Source: Vicugna vicugna (taxonomy: Eukaryota). Taken from it: a DNA stretch of 64,000 bases. A model generated the notes under the pieces. The model was not told the DNA's origin. It saw only the letters and a list, made by a program, of their open reading frames with translations, and did no database searches. The position numbers were made by a program, and so were the translations under genes. Shown one piece after another: positions 25,241-36,150 of this stretch; positions within the stretch are counted from its first letter, which is position 1; each line of letters starts with the position of its first letter. The stretch is from contig MU061579.1 of NCBI GenBank assembly GCA_013265495.1, forward strand, positions 7,106,124 to 7,170,123. The letters run 5' to 3'.

Positions 25241-26529
25241 AATCTTGGAGTGCAGTTGAGTCATGCATGAGTATGATGAAAACATTATCATTGACTTTTC
25301 TCCAGCTTTGTTCCCAGATGTATCAATTACGTGTCCCCAGAAACTGAATGGAGGAGGTAGAGAAAATGGGTGGGCTTATTCATTGCAGAGCCTTTTTACA
25401 GAGACGGAAAAGAAGGCATAGATATCCAATTCCTCTTCTAAACAGAATATCCCTGATACATTCAGCACCCAGGCAGCTCCGAGACGGGGAGAGCCCTGGG
25501 TTAGCAACAGCTCTTCATTCAAGAACGCTGTGTATTTGTCATTCTGATATTTAACATAAAGCATGTTCTCCATGCAAAATGAAATCATACCAGATTTCTC
25601 AATTTTTCTTCTTCCTCCTCACATATATTTTTCAAAGTAATATTTTTTAAAAAATGTCAGACAATTTAGTTATTCTTTTCCACTAATAATCTTATATTAA
25701 TTACTTGTTAATGATATGCAATATGATGACATTTTGGATATGCTGGGTTAAAATAAAATGTTGTTGAAGTTAATTTCACCTACTTCTTTCTGCTAGAATA
25801 TGGAGAAGAATATTGAGGTAAGCCCCAAACCATCCCCAGTTAAGTATGCCAGGAGTGAAGGCAGTAGCTGATAAATGTAGATGTCAAAAAACATGATACC
25901 TCAAGAAACCAGTTTCACACAGTGGTCTGAGGGCACTTGCATACGTTTATTTAATTGGCTTTCGTTGTTCCTTCTTCATTTGATTCCCTGATCCTCTAGG
26001 GAAATTTAAGTTATTTTCTAAACCCCACAGGATATTTCAGCATAAACTGTTGCCAAGTAAATGAATGTTTGAAGACCATCATCAGCAATACTCTATAAAT
26101 GTTACTTTCTTGGTTGGCACTCCTCCTGTTTTATTTCCTAGAAGATCATAAAAATAAATGAGAAAGAAACAACTTAAGACAATTAAATAGTAACATATGA
26201 GCACCTCCCCTTTAACTGTGTCTTCTCTAAAGAGGATATTGAAGGGATGATTTTGTTATGACATTTGTATCAAAACTCAAGAGGGAAACACATGTTACAT
26301 TAAGAAAGCCCAACAAATAAATCCTGTCTAGATTCACATTGTTGTGTCACTTGGGCGAGTTCACATCACTTTCAGGGGATTAAGGAGAGGAAATGAGATA
26401 CTGTCTGTTAAGTGCCTGTCAGACTAAGGCACATAGTAGATCTTCAAATAACAACAGTTCTCTTGCTTTTAAGTATTGGGTTTCCTTTGATGATTTTAAG
26501 ACTAATCTCTCGCTTTTATGTTTCCATAG

Positions 26530-26674
26530 ATGCAGCCCTCTGGCAATGCTGAGAATGAGAAGACCTGGCAAGAGATATCAGATGAGATCAAGAAGATATT
26601 TAAGGTTGCTGTAAAACTGTTGCATGAAAAGGGGAAAATGAAACACAGCCAAGCCAAGAGATATCTGTTCTCAG
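26530..26674 (+). CDS. NWD2: NWD2 internal coding exon (145 nt, phase 0-1; probably exon 5), MQPSGNAENEKTWQEISDEIKKIFK...KRYLFS
   Basis: Polypyrimidine tract plus tttccatag|ATG acceptor and TCAG|gtaatt donor. Open frame whose phase matches both flanking exons. Confidence 0.92.
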
Positions 26675-26957
26675 GTAATTTTTACACATCCTCAGTAAAC
26701 TAAGGAATAGCTCAATAATAGAGGCATTCACTCCTTCCCTTTTATGGTTCTGCAAATTTAATTGCATTTACTGCCTGGTGAAACTTAATTTTTCTAAAAT
26801 GGTTCCATCTCCTGGAGAGACAAGTGTTCTTTGGTTTTAACTCAAAGGTAAGCCTTCACTTAACTCGACGACATCTCCAGAAAATGGGACTTTATAAGAA
26901 GTCAGAGGAGGCTGGATATAATAGACCAGACTCTGCCACTGTTTCTCAGTTGAGCTG

Positions 26958-27340
26958 TTCATTCATTCATTCACTCAGTCGCTCATTCAGCAAACATTTA
27001 TTGAGTGCACCCTGTGTGTCAGGCACTGAGGCTACAACAATGACCAAGAAAGCAAGGTCTCTACTCCCTTGGAACTAATTTTTTTTTTTTAGTGGGAGGA
27101 AATAAATGATAGGCAAGTAATAAAATAAATGAACAATATCATTTCATGGGCCTAAAAACAATCACAATACACTTATCTGTGGGACTCCATGATTCATGTC
27201 TTCCATCCTCCACTAGACTGTCAGCTTCCTATTGGCTTTTTCTCTCAGCATCCTCTGTTTTCTCTCCACTGTATCCTAAGCAACTAGCAGTGTGCCTGGC
27301 ACATAGTAGATGCTCATCTAAGACCAACTGGATGAAGGAA
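26958..27340. mobile_element. Two L2 3'-end fragments in opposite orientation
   Basis: ttcattcattc...caaacatttattgagtgc...caggcactg, then gcagtgtgcctggcacatagtagatgctc. Confidence 0.7.
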
Positions 27341-28176
27341 CGCAGGAGGGGAGGCAGCCAGTTTGAAAAGACTCCTTGCCTTAAAATTCATTTCCATTGA
27401 TTTAATTGTTTTATTTTTATTTTTCTTCCCTAAAATCACAAGTAAGTGATGTTATTACTACTGATCCAATTTTAAATGTTCTTATGGGATCTCAGATGAT
27501 TTAGAATGTATATTTACTTTTATGTGAGCATAGGTATTGTAAGACCCAATGTGGTTTCTTAGAAGAAATAAAGTTACACACTAAGTCATTTTTCAGAACT
27601 TACTCTGATGGGTATAATGGGATTTAACAGTGACATGGATAATGGATAAATAGAATCAGCACATGGCTATATTTTGAACACGCTTTTATTTACACATCTC
27701 TCTCTGGGGTGCAATGTATCTGAAACAAAATGGTGAACCCACATTGTAAAGAAGAGGCTGAACAAGGAAAGCAAACTAGATACATCATTTGGCCTCTTCC
27801 TCATTCTTTCCTGGCCCCGGTTTGTTCCTGCTCTTCACTCTTAGAACCCCTGAAGTCTGAGAGCGAAGCTAAGCAGGAACTTAAAAGAATCAACTATAAA
27901 CTTGGTTTCCTTTCTTTCTTGTGCTTATGTTCAACCTCTCTCTTGGGTTGGGGAGGAAATTAAACAATTTTATTTAAACCCCTTGTCTGAGTTCCAGGCT
28001 GTTTAGGAAAAGACAAATAGGAAATTAAGGAATTAAGAGATTATTTTATAGATGACTCTGCTACACACTATAAGCAAAATAAACTACCACTGGTGACTTG
28101 AGAGTTACGTCCCAGGAGTGGAGATGCCTTGCTTCTTTGTTCTAGGCAATAAACTCCTTGTAATATTTTCTTCCAG

Positions 28177-28766
28177 CCATAGAAGACGAGTTTGACTTTG
28201 CTCTAGGAAAGCAAACTCCAGCATTTCTAAAGAAGTGTGTTTGCTACATTAGGAAAATTGCTAACATTGAGCGTTTCGTGAAAATCCCAGAGATGGGAAA
28301 ATACATGGATATAACAGGAGCAGAACCAAGGATTATTCGGGACCCAGAAGCCCAAGAGAAGCTGGTAAAACTCAGGGATGAATTTATTCCTACCATCGTT
28401 GCATCATCAAATCTGAGAGTGTACACATCTGTTACTCATTGTGACATGAAACTAGGCTACTCCCAAGAAATAGAAAATCATTACATAGAAGGACTCGGTA
28501 AACAATTTTATGAGGACATGATTGACATAATTCAGGCAACAGTGCAACAGAACTTTGACACGGAAACTGATACACTCTACGATGAAATCCTTCAGCATTC
28601 ATCATTATGTAAAACATACGCCTCCTTCTATGAGTACAAATGTGAATCTCTAAACATAGTGCATAAGTACATTCTTCCAAGCAAGACCGGGCACATCAAC
28701 CCTCTTATTATATATGGTGGACCATGCACGGGGAAGACCCTTCTGCTCGCCGAAGTAGCAAAGAAG
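28177..28766 (+). CDS. NWD2: NWD2 internal coding exon (590 nt, phase 1-0; probably exon 6), ending with the NACHT Walker A GGPCTGKT (28716-28739)
   Basis: Acceptor ttttcttccag|CC and donor AAG|gtaaaa. In frame with ORF 28278-29030, which contains the P-loop LIIYGGPCTGKT. Confidence 0.95.
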
Positions 28767-31700
28767 GTAAAAGCCTATCCTTTTATGAGTATTTTTGTAA
28801 AAACTTCTACTTTGGGGAAAAGATCAATTGGTCAAATTCACTTCCATTTTCTGTGCTTACTATCTGAATTGGTCTTTTGGGAATGGATATTTCAGCATTT
28901 CTCTTTTGCTGGGCTAACAGTTACGCTGAAAGAACGGGACTCACGGGGTGCCATTCTAGAACAGCTTTATTTTGTCTCTCACTGTTCACACTCGTGTTGT
29001 GGGGCTAGTTCTCATTTGGATGGAAACTAGGGCAAATCTCACAACTCTTCTCTTCCCTCTGAGCAAAGACAAGCCCTCCAGTCACTTCTGGACACTAAAT
29101 CCATCTCAGTTCAGCAATGAGTACGTCCTGTCTAAGATGATAATGAAAACTTCAGTCTACATCTCCCCCTCCGCCAGCTGAAGTCTACCGCACGCAAGGC
29201 ATCTTCAGTGGGAAATACGGACATGGCCATCGTCTCCTTTCTTTCACCACACAGCCCTTCTTCCCCCTGTTCCTAACCCTGACCACACTTCTGACTCCTA
29301 GAGGGTTGTGGTTTAGGGGATGTAGGAAAGGTAGGGTGGCAGGACACTCCTAAATGACCAGTACTGTTCTGACCTGGGCTCTGTACTCTCATCTTGGCAG
29401 GTGTTTAAAACTTCCTCCCATTTCTTCTGAGCCCTTTTCATAGTTTCCCAAAGGTCCTTTCCCTCCTACATCCCCACTCCCTGCCTCTCTGGTCCTCACT
29501 GAGCATCCCTCACCTGTGGTTCCCTAGATACAGGGAACTGCACTGTCTTCCAGCCGGTCACCTCTGCGGCTCCTATACATCCTGAGACACATTTCTGGTA
29601 TCTTTCTGCCAAGAGCCTCTCCACAACCTAGCAAACTCCCTTAGACAGGACCTGGGAAAAACAGAACCAACAGAAATCATTGTCAGCTCATGTTAGCCAG
29701 TGGCCCACATCCGAAACCTGGGAAACACTCAGCATTTTTTGACTCTGAGAAACTTCAGTTCCATACAGCAGTTCTCTCATCACTCCTCCATCGGAGCAGC
29801 TAGCCAGCCTCAGTCACTCAACCTCCGTATTTCTCAGATGTCATCAGACACATATGGCCATGTCTCCCAAGCCCTAGGCGACATCCCCTAAGTGGTGCAT
29901 TGCAGCCCCTTCCCTAGGCTGGAAGTGAGGGGTGCGCATCTCTCAGCCCTCCCCTTTGGGAGTGTGGTGGTGACAGATATGACCCATGGCATTCTCATCT
30001 CCCACTTTTTTCTTGGCCTCTTGAATCTCCTTTTCAGACTGGAGGTGGGTAGTCAGCCAAAGGCAGCAAAACTGGTTTTCACAACTCCCTTTCAAGGTGT
30101 GCATGATGGCCCAGAGCTCCACTCTGGAGTGTGCTATCTATTGTCTTCGGACCTCAGTCTAAACTGGATGAAACTAGTCCCTGTTTTAACCTCCTGGTAC
30201 ACTTGATGTCCAAATCTGACAGTTTATATTATCCTGACGTTACCCTGGAATCTCTATATTGTTCTTCCTGTGGTTACTCTCTTAAGAACAGAGCTTTCTT
30301 TAACTCTGTGAACAGTCTCATGATCCATCACATGCTGCACCATCTCGGGTAGGTCATCTTGAGGACAAGAGCAGGGACAGTGTGTTGCACCTTTTGTGGT
30401 GATTAGGTTCTAAAGCAAGGTCACAGGTGACAATCAGACATATCAAACTTACTCTTAAAAAGTCCTCAGGAAGGTCCATTTACCATTTCTTAATCTGCCA
30501 AGCCCAGGTGCTGGTTTCTTCTTGTGTTAGGACACGCAGCTCTCGCTTTAACTGAACACCTGATGAAATGGCAGGCTTACATCTAGGAGCCACACTGCAT
30601 CAAATAAATGTATGTGTGTGTGTGTGCATATGTGTGTCTGTCTTTGAACACTGCTTTGTACGTGTATCCTCAAACGTTACAATTTTTCGGAGTTAACAAG
30701 ATAGTGACGTTACAAGCAGCCCATGGGAACTGAAATCAAATGAGAAGACATCCATGTGTTGATTTCACACTCACTCTGAGGCCTCTTCCTTGTGGAGGAG
30801 GTAGAGGGACAGTGTGCATGTGATGCAGCCCCACATGTCTAGCACAGGAGGCAGTCACATGACGTGTGCTGATCTGCCTGTACACAGAAGCGATCCCTGT
30901 GGGCAGAACGTGGTGACAGTTAATCAACTTGAAAAATGGCTTTCTGAGTTCTTGCTGTTCTGGATATAAGCCATGCCTATTTCTAGGTCCCTTGTCTCTG
31001 CTCTGCTTGCCTCTCTCCTGGGGAACTTCTACCCCCTGCCCCCATCTCCTCCTACTTGCCGCCACCTCCACCAACAACACCCTGTCCTCTTGTGACCTCA
31101 TGTTCTGTGTGAGGATGGAGACAGGCATCTTGTGTTCATCTCTAGGTTATCTCCCTTGCAGCCGACATTTCCTTGGACATGAGCTAATGATGGCAGGGCC
31201 ATTCTTTATAGACATCACACATGCCACCACACGTGATTGGGAGGAGGGAGGACAATGCAAATAATCATCATAAGCCATCCAAGTAGGGCCAAACAAATTG
31301 TGTTCTCTTTCTGATTTGCCAGCAAAAGATGCTGTAAAGTGGCAGGATTACCTTCCTCCAAGTCAGCAGCAAAAGCTGGGGCTGATCACCGACCACGAGT
31401 TGCTTATTTTCCTTAACAGCTCGTTCTGAAACTGACGTCCCTGAATTTTTTCTGAACATATTCTAACTTCAACCTGAACTATTTCTGAAGGAACCAAGTT
31501 TCATAAACTAACTTTCTAATGTATTAAATAACATGTCCTTTCCTAAGGAGCATCCTTGGTGAATTGCAAGCGTTACTGAAAGACGTTGTCTCCCTAAAAA
31601 TACGTTTTGGAGTGTTTTATACTTTGATCATATCGCTTTTTGTCCTTGCACTTCCAGACAGAAAGATAATAAACTTAATTCAGCCCCCTCTTCGTATATT

Positions 31701-32217
31701 TTCTCTCTTTAACTCTACAATTAAAAGGGAGAAAGAGAGGGAGAGAGAATGGGAAAGAGAGGGCCTTATGTGATCTCAATTAAGGGACATATTTGATTGA
31801 TATACTGTGTAGATCATTACTTAATCTTTTCATTAAATACTTACTAAGCACCTACCATGTGCCAACAACTGTGCCAGGAAATGAAAATTCAGTAACGAAA
31901 AACTAACCATATTAGATACTCAGATTTACAGTTTGTGAAATGCTTTGTGACTTTTAGAACACCAGCTAAATGCTGCCTTATGATTGACTAGCACTGTCAT
32001 CACCGCTCTATTGCCTTCGGTAGAGTGGCCCTGAGGATCTCACCTATGAGCTTTGCGACAGCTCTTCGACCATCTCAGGTTTCCCCACTTCCCAGTTCTA
32101 GGCTACTTTCTGTATGGTCAGGGTTACCAGAAGTCTGATCTGTGCCGACAGGAGGCGTTGCTGCATGTGACCGCATGACTCTATGTCACCATTCTAAACT
32201 CGGCCTTTATGTTTTAG

Positions 32218-35200
32218 GCTTATGGCTGGCTACATGAAGACACAGGACCAGAATCGGACCCAGTCGTAGTCGTGCGATTTCTAGGAACCACAGACATGAG
32301 TACTGATCTCAGGACTCTCCTCGTAAGTGTTTGTGAACAGTTGGCAGTTAACTACCGGTGCCTGGTTCAGAGCTACCCCAAGAAGATCCATGACCTCCGT
32401 GACTTATTTATCAACCTTCTGAATGAGTCTTCGCTGCAGAGGCCTCTCGTGGTGATATTCGATGCCCTGGAGCAACTGTCGGACAGCGACGAGGCCAGGA
32501 AGCTCTGGTGGCTCCCGGCTCACCTTCCCCGCTTCGTCCGGATCGTCCTCTCCACGCTGCCCAACAAACACGGGATCCTGCAGAAGCTACGGTGCCTTAT
32601 CCATGCAGAAGACAACTACATCGAGCTGGTTCCGCGGGACAGGAAGATGTGCAGCCAGGTGCTCAAACACCAGCTGCTGCGGGTCAAGAGGAAGGTCACG
32701 TCAGGCCAGCAGATTTACGTGAACAATGCCTTCTCCAAGTGCACGCTGCCCATGTTTGTGAACCTGACCTTCAGGGAGGTGAGACATTGGCGATCTCACA
32801 GAGACGTCGATGAGTCCTCGCTCTCTGTCACCGTCCATGAAAGCATAGAGCAGCTCTTCTGGTCCTTGGAAAAGAAATGTGGGCAGAAACTAGTCTGCCG
32901 GGCTCTTGGTTACATCACCATGGCCAAAATGGGTTTGAGTGAAATGGAGCTGGAGGATGTGTTGGCCCTCGACAACACGGTCATGAATGAGCTCAGTGAG
33001 TGTGCCAGGCCCAGCAATCCTCTGAGAGTACCCTATCTGTATATCGCCAGGCTCAAGGAGGGGCTCAGCGGGTACTTAATTGAGAGACACGTAAAGAATG
33101 TCACCCTCCTGGTCTGGGCCAACAGACACCTGCAGCTCATAGCCCAGAAGCGGTATCTGCAGGACGGTGGTGACCTGCGTGAAATGCACACCATCCTTGC
33201 AGACTACTTTCTGGGCGTCTGGTCAGGGGGCAGGAGAAAAGCTTTCTGCCTTGAAGACCCCTACTTGAATGGCTGCCTTGACTTGGAGAGCAGAAGCCTG
33301 CTGGAGGAGGAGAAGCACTTCATGGAGCAGGCTTCCTTCGACAGGCAGGCCCCTGACCAGCCCTGGGTTTTCCAGTGTAACCCGTTGGAGCCCGACATCT
33401 TTTTCGTCAACCATCGGAAAATGTGTGAGCTCCTGTACCACCTGACGAGGTGCGGGAAGACAGATGACTTGCTCTACGGCATCATCATGAACTTCAGCTG
33501 GCTCTACACCATGACCAAGATCGGCCAGTTCGACAAAGTACTCTCCGACATCGAGCTGGCTTACAACTACTCGCAGGAGAAGGAGCTGAAGTTTCTGGCA
33601 AGCACCCTCCGCAGCATCAAAACGAAGGTCGTTGCGTTCCCCGGCTCCCTTTCCGCCGAGCTTCAGCAAAGACTGCTGCCTGTCGTAAGTTCCCTGCCTA
33701 AACTCAGACACCTTCTTTTAGAATGTGACAAAGACGGCCCCAAATATTGCTCCATCGTGCCATTACATTCATCCATGGACGTGACCTACAGCCCAGAGCG
33801 TCTTCCCTTGTCATCTAGTCACCTGCATGTCACCGAGATTCTGCCCACCTCTAACCCCAGTACAGTCCTCACAGCTTTAGAAAATGGTTCCATCAGCACG
33901 TGGGACGTAGAAACACGTCAACTACTCAGGCAAATCACGACAGCCCAGTCTGTCATCCTGGGCATGAAACTCACCAGTGACGAAAAGTATCTTGTGGTGG
34001 CTACAACAAATAACACCTTGTTGGTTTATGATAATGTAAATTCTTGCCTCCTGTCTGAAGTGGAAATCAAAGGGACCAAACATGGAAGTGGCTCCACCTA
34101 CATCAATGGATTTACACTGTCCGTCAAACACGCCCTCGCCTGGCTCGAAGCCAGCAAAGACGTCACTGTCATCGACCTGCTCTACGGATGGCCCCTTTAC
34201 CAGTTCCACTGCTGGTATGAAGTGACCTGTGTCCAGTGCTCGCTGGACGGCGCCTATGCCTTCTGTGGACAGTATCTGAACACCACCACCATATTTCATT
34301 TAGGGAGTGGAGAAAAGTTATGTACGGTGACATCTGAATTTTCGGGTGGGTTTGTGAAGTTCCTTCTTATCTTGGACACGGCTCAAGAAATGGTAATGGT
34401 AGACAGTGAGGGAAGCCTCTCTGTTTGGAACACTGAGGACATCTCCAACCCTCAGCTGACTGATGACTTTGACTGCCGAAGAGAAGATAGTGAGGTGGTC
34501 AGCATTGAACTTTCAGAGGACCAGAGTGCAGTTCTGATCTGTAAAGCCCTCAGCATTGAGCTCTTAGATACTGGCATGTGGAAGGTGGCCGAAAAGTTCA
34601 GAGCTAAGCACAACGAACGCTTTATATCAGCCGTGCTGTCCAAGAACGGGGACTGCATCATCGCGACCATGGAAAATACCTCAGCCGTGTTTTTTTGGAG
34701 GCGGGACACGGGACAATGTATGGCGAGCTTACAGGAGATCTCAGGAACCATAGTCAAGCTGGTGAAATCGAGTCACCACAACATGCTGCTCTCTTTGTCG
34801 ACCAGTGGGGTTCTTTCTATCTGGGACATAGATATCATCACAGCCATGTCAAACATAGATAAGACTGGAAAACCCATCCAAAGTCTGGTGTTGCCTGCTA
34901 GGGGGGAAATCATTTACTCCCTGGATGGCTCTGATTGTGTTCATAAATGGAACTTCAGCAGTGGGTTCCTTGAAGCAGTATTTAAGCACGAAGGGATAGT
35001 TGAACACTGTGTGTTGACGTCCTCAGGAGACGTAATGGTGACAGCGGATGACAAGAGCAGCCAGTACGTCTGGCACACCAGCAGTGGGGAAAACCTCTTC
35101 CGCATTAATGGGCAGAGGATATCTCAGCTGCTAATCACACACAATGACCAGTTCGTGGTCTCTCTCTGTGAGGAAAACGCCTCCAGGGTTTGGAGACTGG

Positions 35201-36150
35201 CCACGGGCCACAGGGTGTGCAACATTCTGACCACTCTGCAGAACGCCTTTATAACCTCTGCAAACACCTTCGTGGTGGGGATGACCAAAAGCAAGGTGCT
35301 GGCAGTCAGCCTTTGGACAGGAAGCATCACCAAGAAATTTTGCTGTGAAGACGGCACCACCATTGTGAATTTTAAATTGATCCCCGACTGTCCAGACATC
35401 ATCGTGTTTATCACATCGGCCGAGACGGTGAATATCTGGAGTCTGACAGAAGAAGTCATCTGTCGCCGTGTGCAACTGCCAAACAACTTCCTGAAAAATC
35501 TAGAGGATTTTGAAATCTCCCCGAATGGAAAGCTAGGCATTATTTCCAGGGGAGACGAAAACATCAACGTGCTAGACTTACACAGCGGTAAGTTACGGGT
35601 GGTTCACGCCTCTGGGGTCATCTGGAGGCAGAGGCTGTCTCGAGACGGTCGCTACCTGGTATACATTTGTTTCCGAAACGGGGAGGAAGAGGATGAAAAC
35701 GGTGCGCTATCCAGTTTGATTGTCATGAGACTGGCCGACGGCAAAAATATCGGTGCTTGCTCTCTTTACAAAACACCAACTTTTCTCGCCCTGTCCCAGA
35801 GGCACCTGAACATCATTGTAGGTTTTGACGACGGGAGCGTAGGGATATACACCGTGGTGGACCGCGTGGATGCCGCGCTGAAAATTAAAATCGCCACTTC
35901 AAATAGTAGGCAGATCTTCAACAGCACGACGCAGGCATCCAGGCCGAAGTGCCATCGTTACTGTTTCAAAGTGTCTGTGGATTGCCTGTGGAGAGAGTCT
36001 ACTGAGGTCTTTGCAAGAGACAGTCCCATCACAGTGAGTGACTCCACGGAGCCCAACGAGGCCACGCCCTCCAGGAAACACAACTCTTGCTACGACCGGG
36101 TGTGCTCCGCCCTGGAATCCAGGGGCCCCGGCTATGCCCCTGACAACTGA
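32218..36150 (+). CDS. NWD2: NWD2 terminal coding exon (3933 nt including TGA): NACHT Walker B (LVVIFDALEQL, 32446-32478), helical region, WD40 beta-propeller repeats
   Basis: Acceptor gttttag|GCT is in frame with the 1292-aa ORF 32272-36150. WD-type repeat ends are present (ISTWDV, LSVWNT, LSIWDI, VHKWNF, SRVWRL, VNIWSL). Stop TGA at 36148-36150. Confidence 0.97.
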   Translation, partial: AYGWLHEDTGPESDPVVVVRFLGTTDMSTDLRTLLVSVCEQLAVNYRCLVQSYPKKIHDLRDLFINLLNESSLQRPLVVIFDALEQLSDSDEARKLWWLPAHLPRFVRIVLSTLPNKHGILQKLRCLIHAEDNYIELVPRDRKMCSQVLKHQLLRVKRKVTSGQQIYVNNAFSKCTLPMFVNLTFREVRHWRSHRDVDESSLSVTVHESIEQLFWSLEKKCGQKLVCRALGYITMAKMGLSEMELEDVLALDNTVMNELSECARPSNPLRVPYLYIARLKEGLSGYLIERHVKNVTLLVWANRHLQLIAQKRYLQDGGDLREMHTILADYFLGVWSGGRRKAFCLEDPYLNGCLDLESRSLLEEEKHFMEQASFDRQAPDQPWVFQCNPLEPDIFFVNHRKMCELLYHLTRCGKTDDLLYGIIMNFSWLYTMTKIGQFDKVLSDIELAYNYSQEKELKFLASTLRSIKTKVVAFPGSLSAELQQRLLPVVSSLPKLRHLLLECDKDGPKYCSIVPLHSSMDVTYSPERLPLSSSHLHVTEILPTSNPSTVLTALENGSISTWDVETRQLLRQITTAQSVILGMKLTSDEKYLVVATTNNTLLVYDNVNSCLLSEVEIKGTKHGSGSTYINGFTLSVKHALAWLEASKDVTVIDLLYGWPLYQFHCWYEVTCVQCSLDGAYAFCGQYLNTTTIFHLGSGEKLCTVTSEFSGGFVKFLLILDTAQEMVMVDSEGSLSVWNTEDISNPQLTDDFDCRREDSEVVSIELSEDQSAVLICKALSIELLDTGMWKVAEKFRAKHNERFISAVLSKNGDCIIATMENTSAVFFWRRDTGQCMASLQEISGTIVKLVKSSHHNMLLSLSTSGVLSIWDIDIITAMSNIDKTGKPIQSLVLPARGEIIYSLDGSDCVHKWNFSSGFLEAVFKHEGIVEHCVLTSSGDVMVTADDKSSQYVWHTSSGENLFRINGQRISQLLITHNDQFVVSLCEENASRVWRLATGHRVCNILTTLQNAFITSANTFVVGMTKSKVLAVSLWTGSITKKFCCEDGTTIVNFKLIPDCPDIIVFITSAETVNIWSLTEEVICRRVQLPNNFLKNLEDFEISPNGKLGIISRGDENINVLDLHSGKLRVVHASGVIWRQRLSRDGRYLVYICFRNGEEEDENGALSSLIVMRLADGKNIGACSLYKTPTFLALSQRHLNIIVGFDDGSVGIYTVVDRVDAALKIKIATSNSRQIFNSTTQASRPKCHRYCFKVSVDCLWRESTEVFARDSPITVSDSTEPNEATPSRKHNSCYDRVCSALESRGPGYAPDN

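Noticed and set aside
28767..29030. ORF 28278-29030 continuing 87 codons past the exon
   Set aside because: A donor at 28766/28767 joins in frame to the terminal exon. The extension is intronic read-through with no recognisable domain.
29190..30200. Pyrimidine/GC-moderate intronic stretch that may be an old LTR or DNA transposon
   Set aside because: I could not identify termini or a family; needs RepeatMasker.
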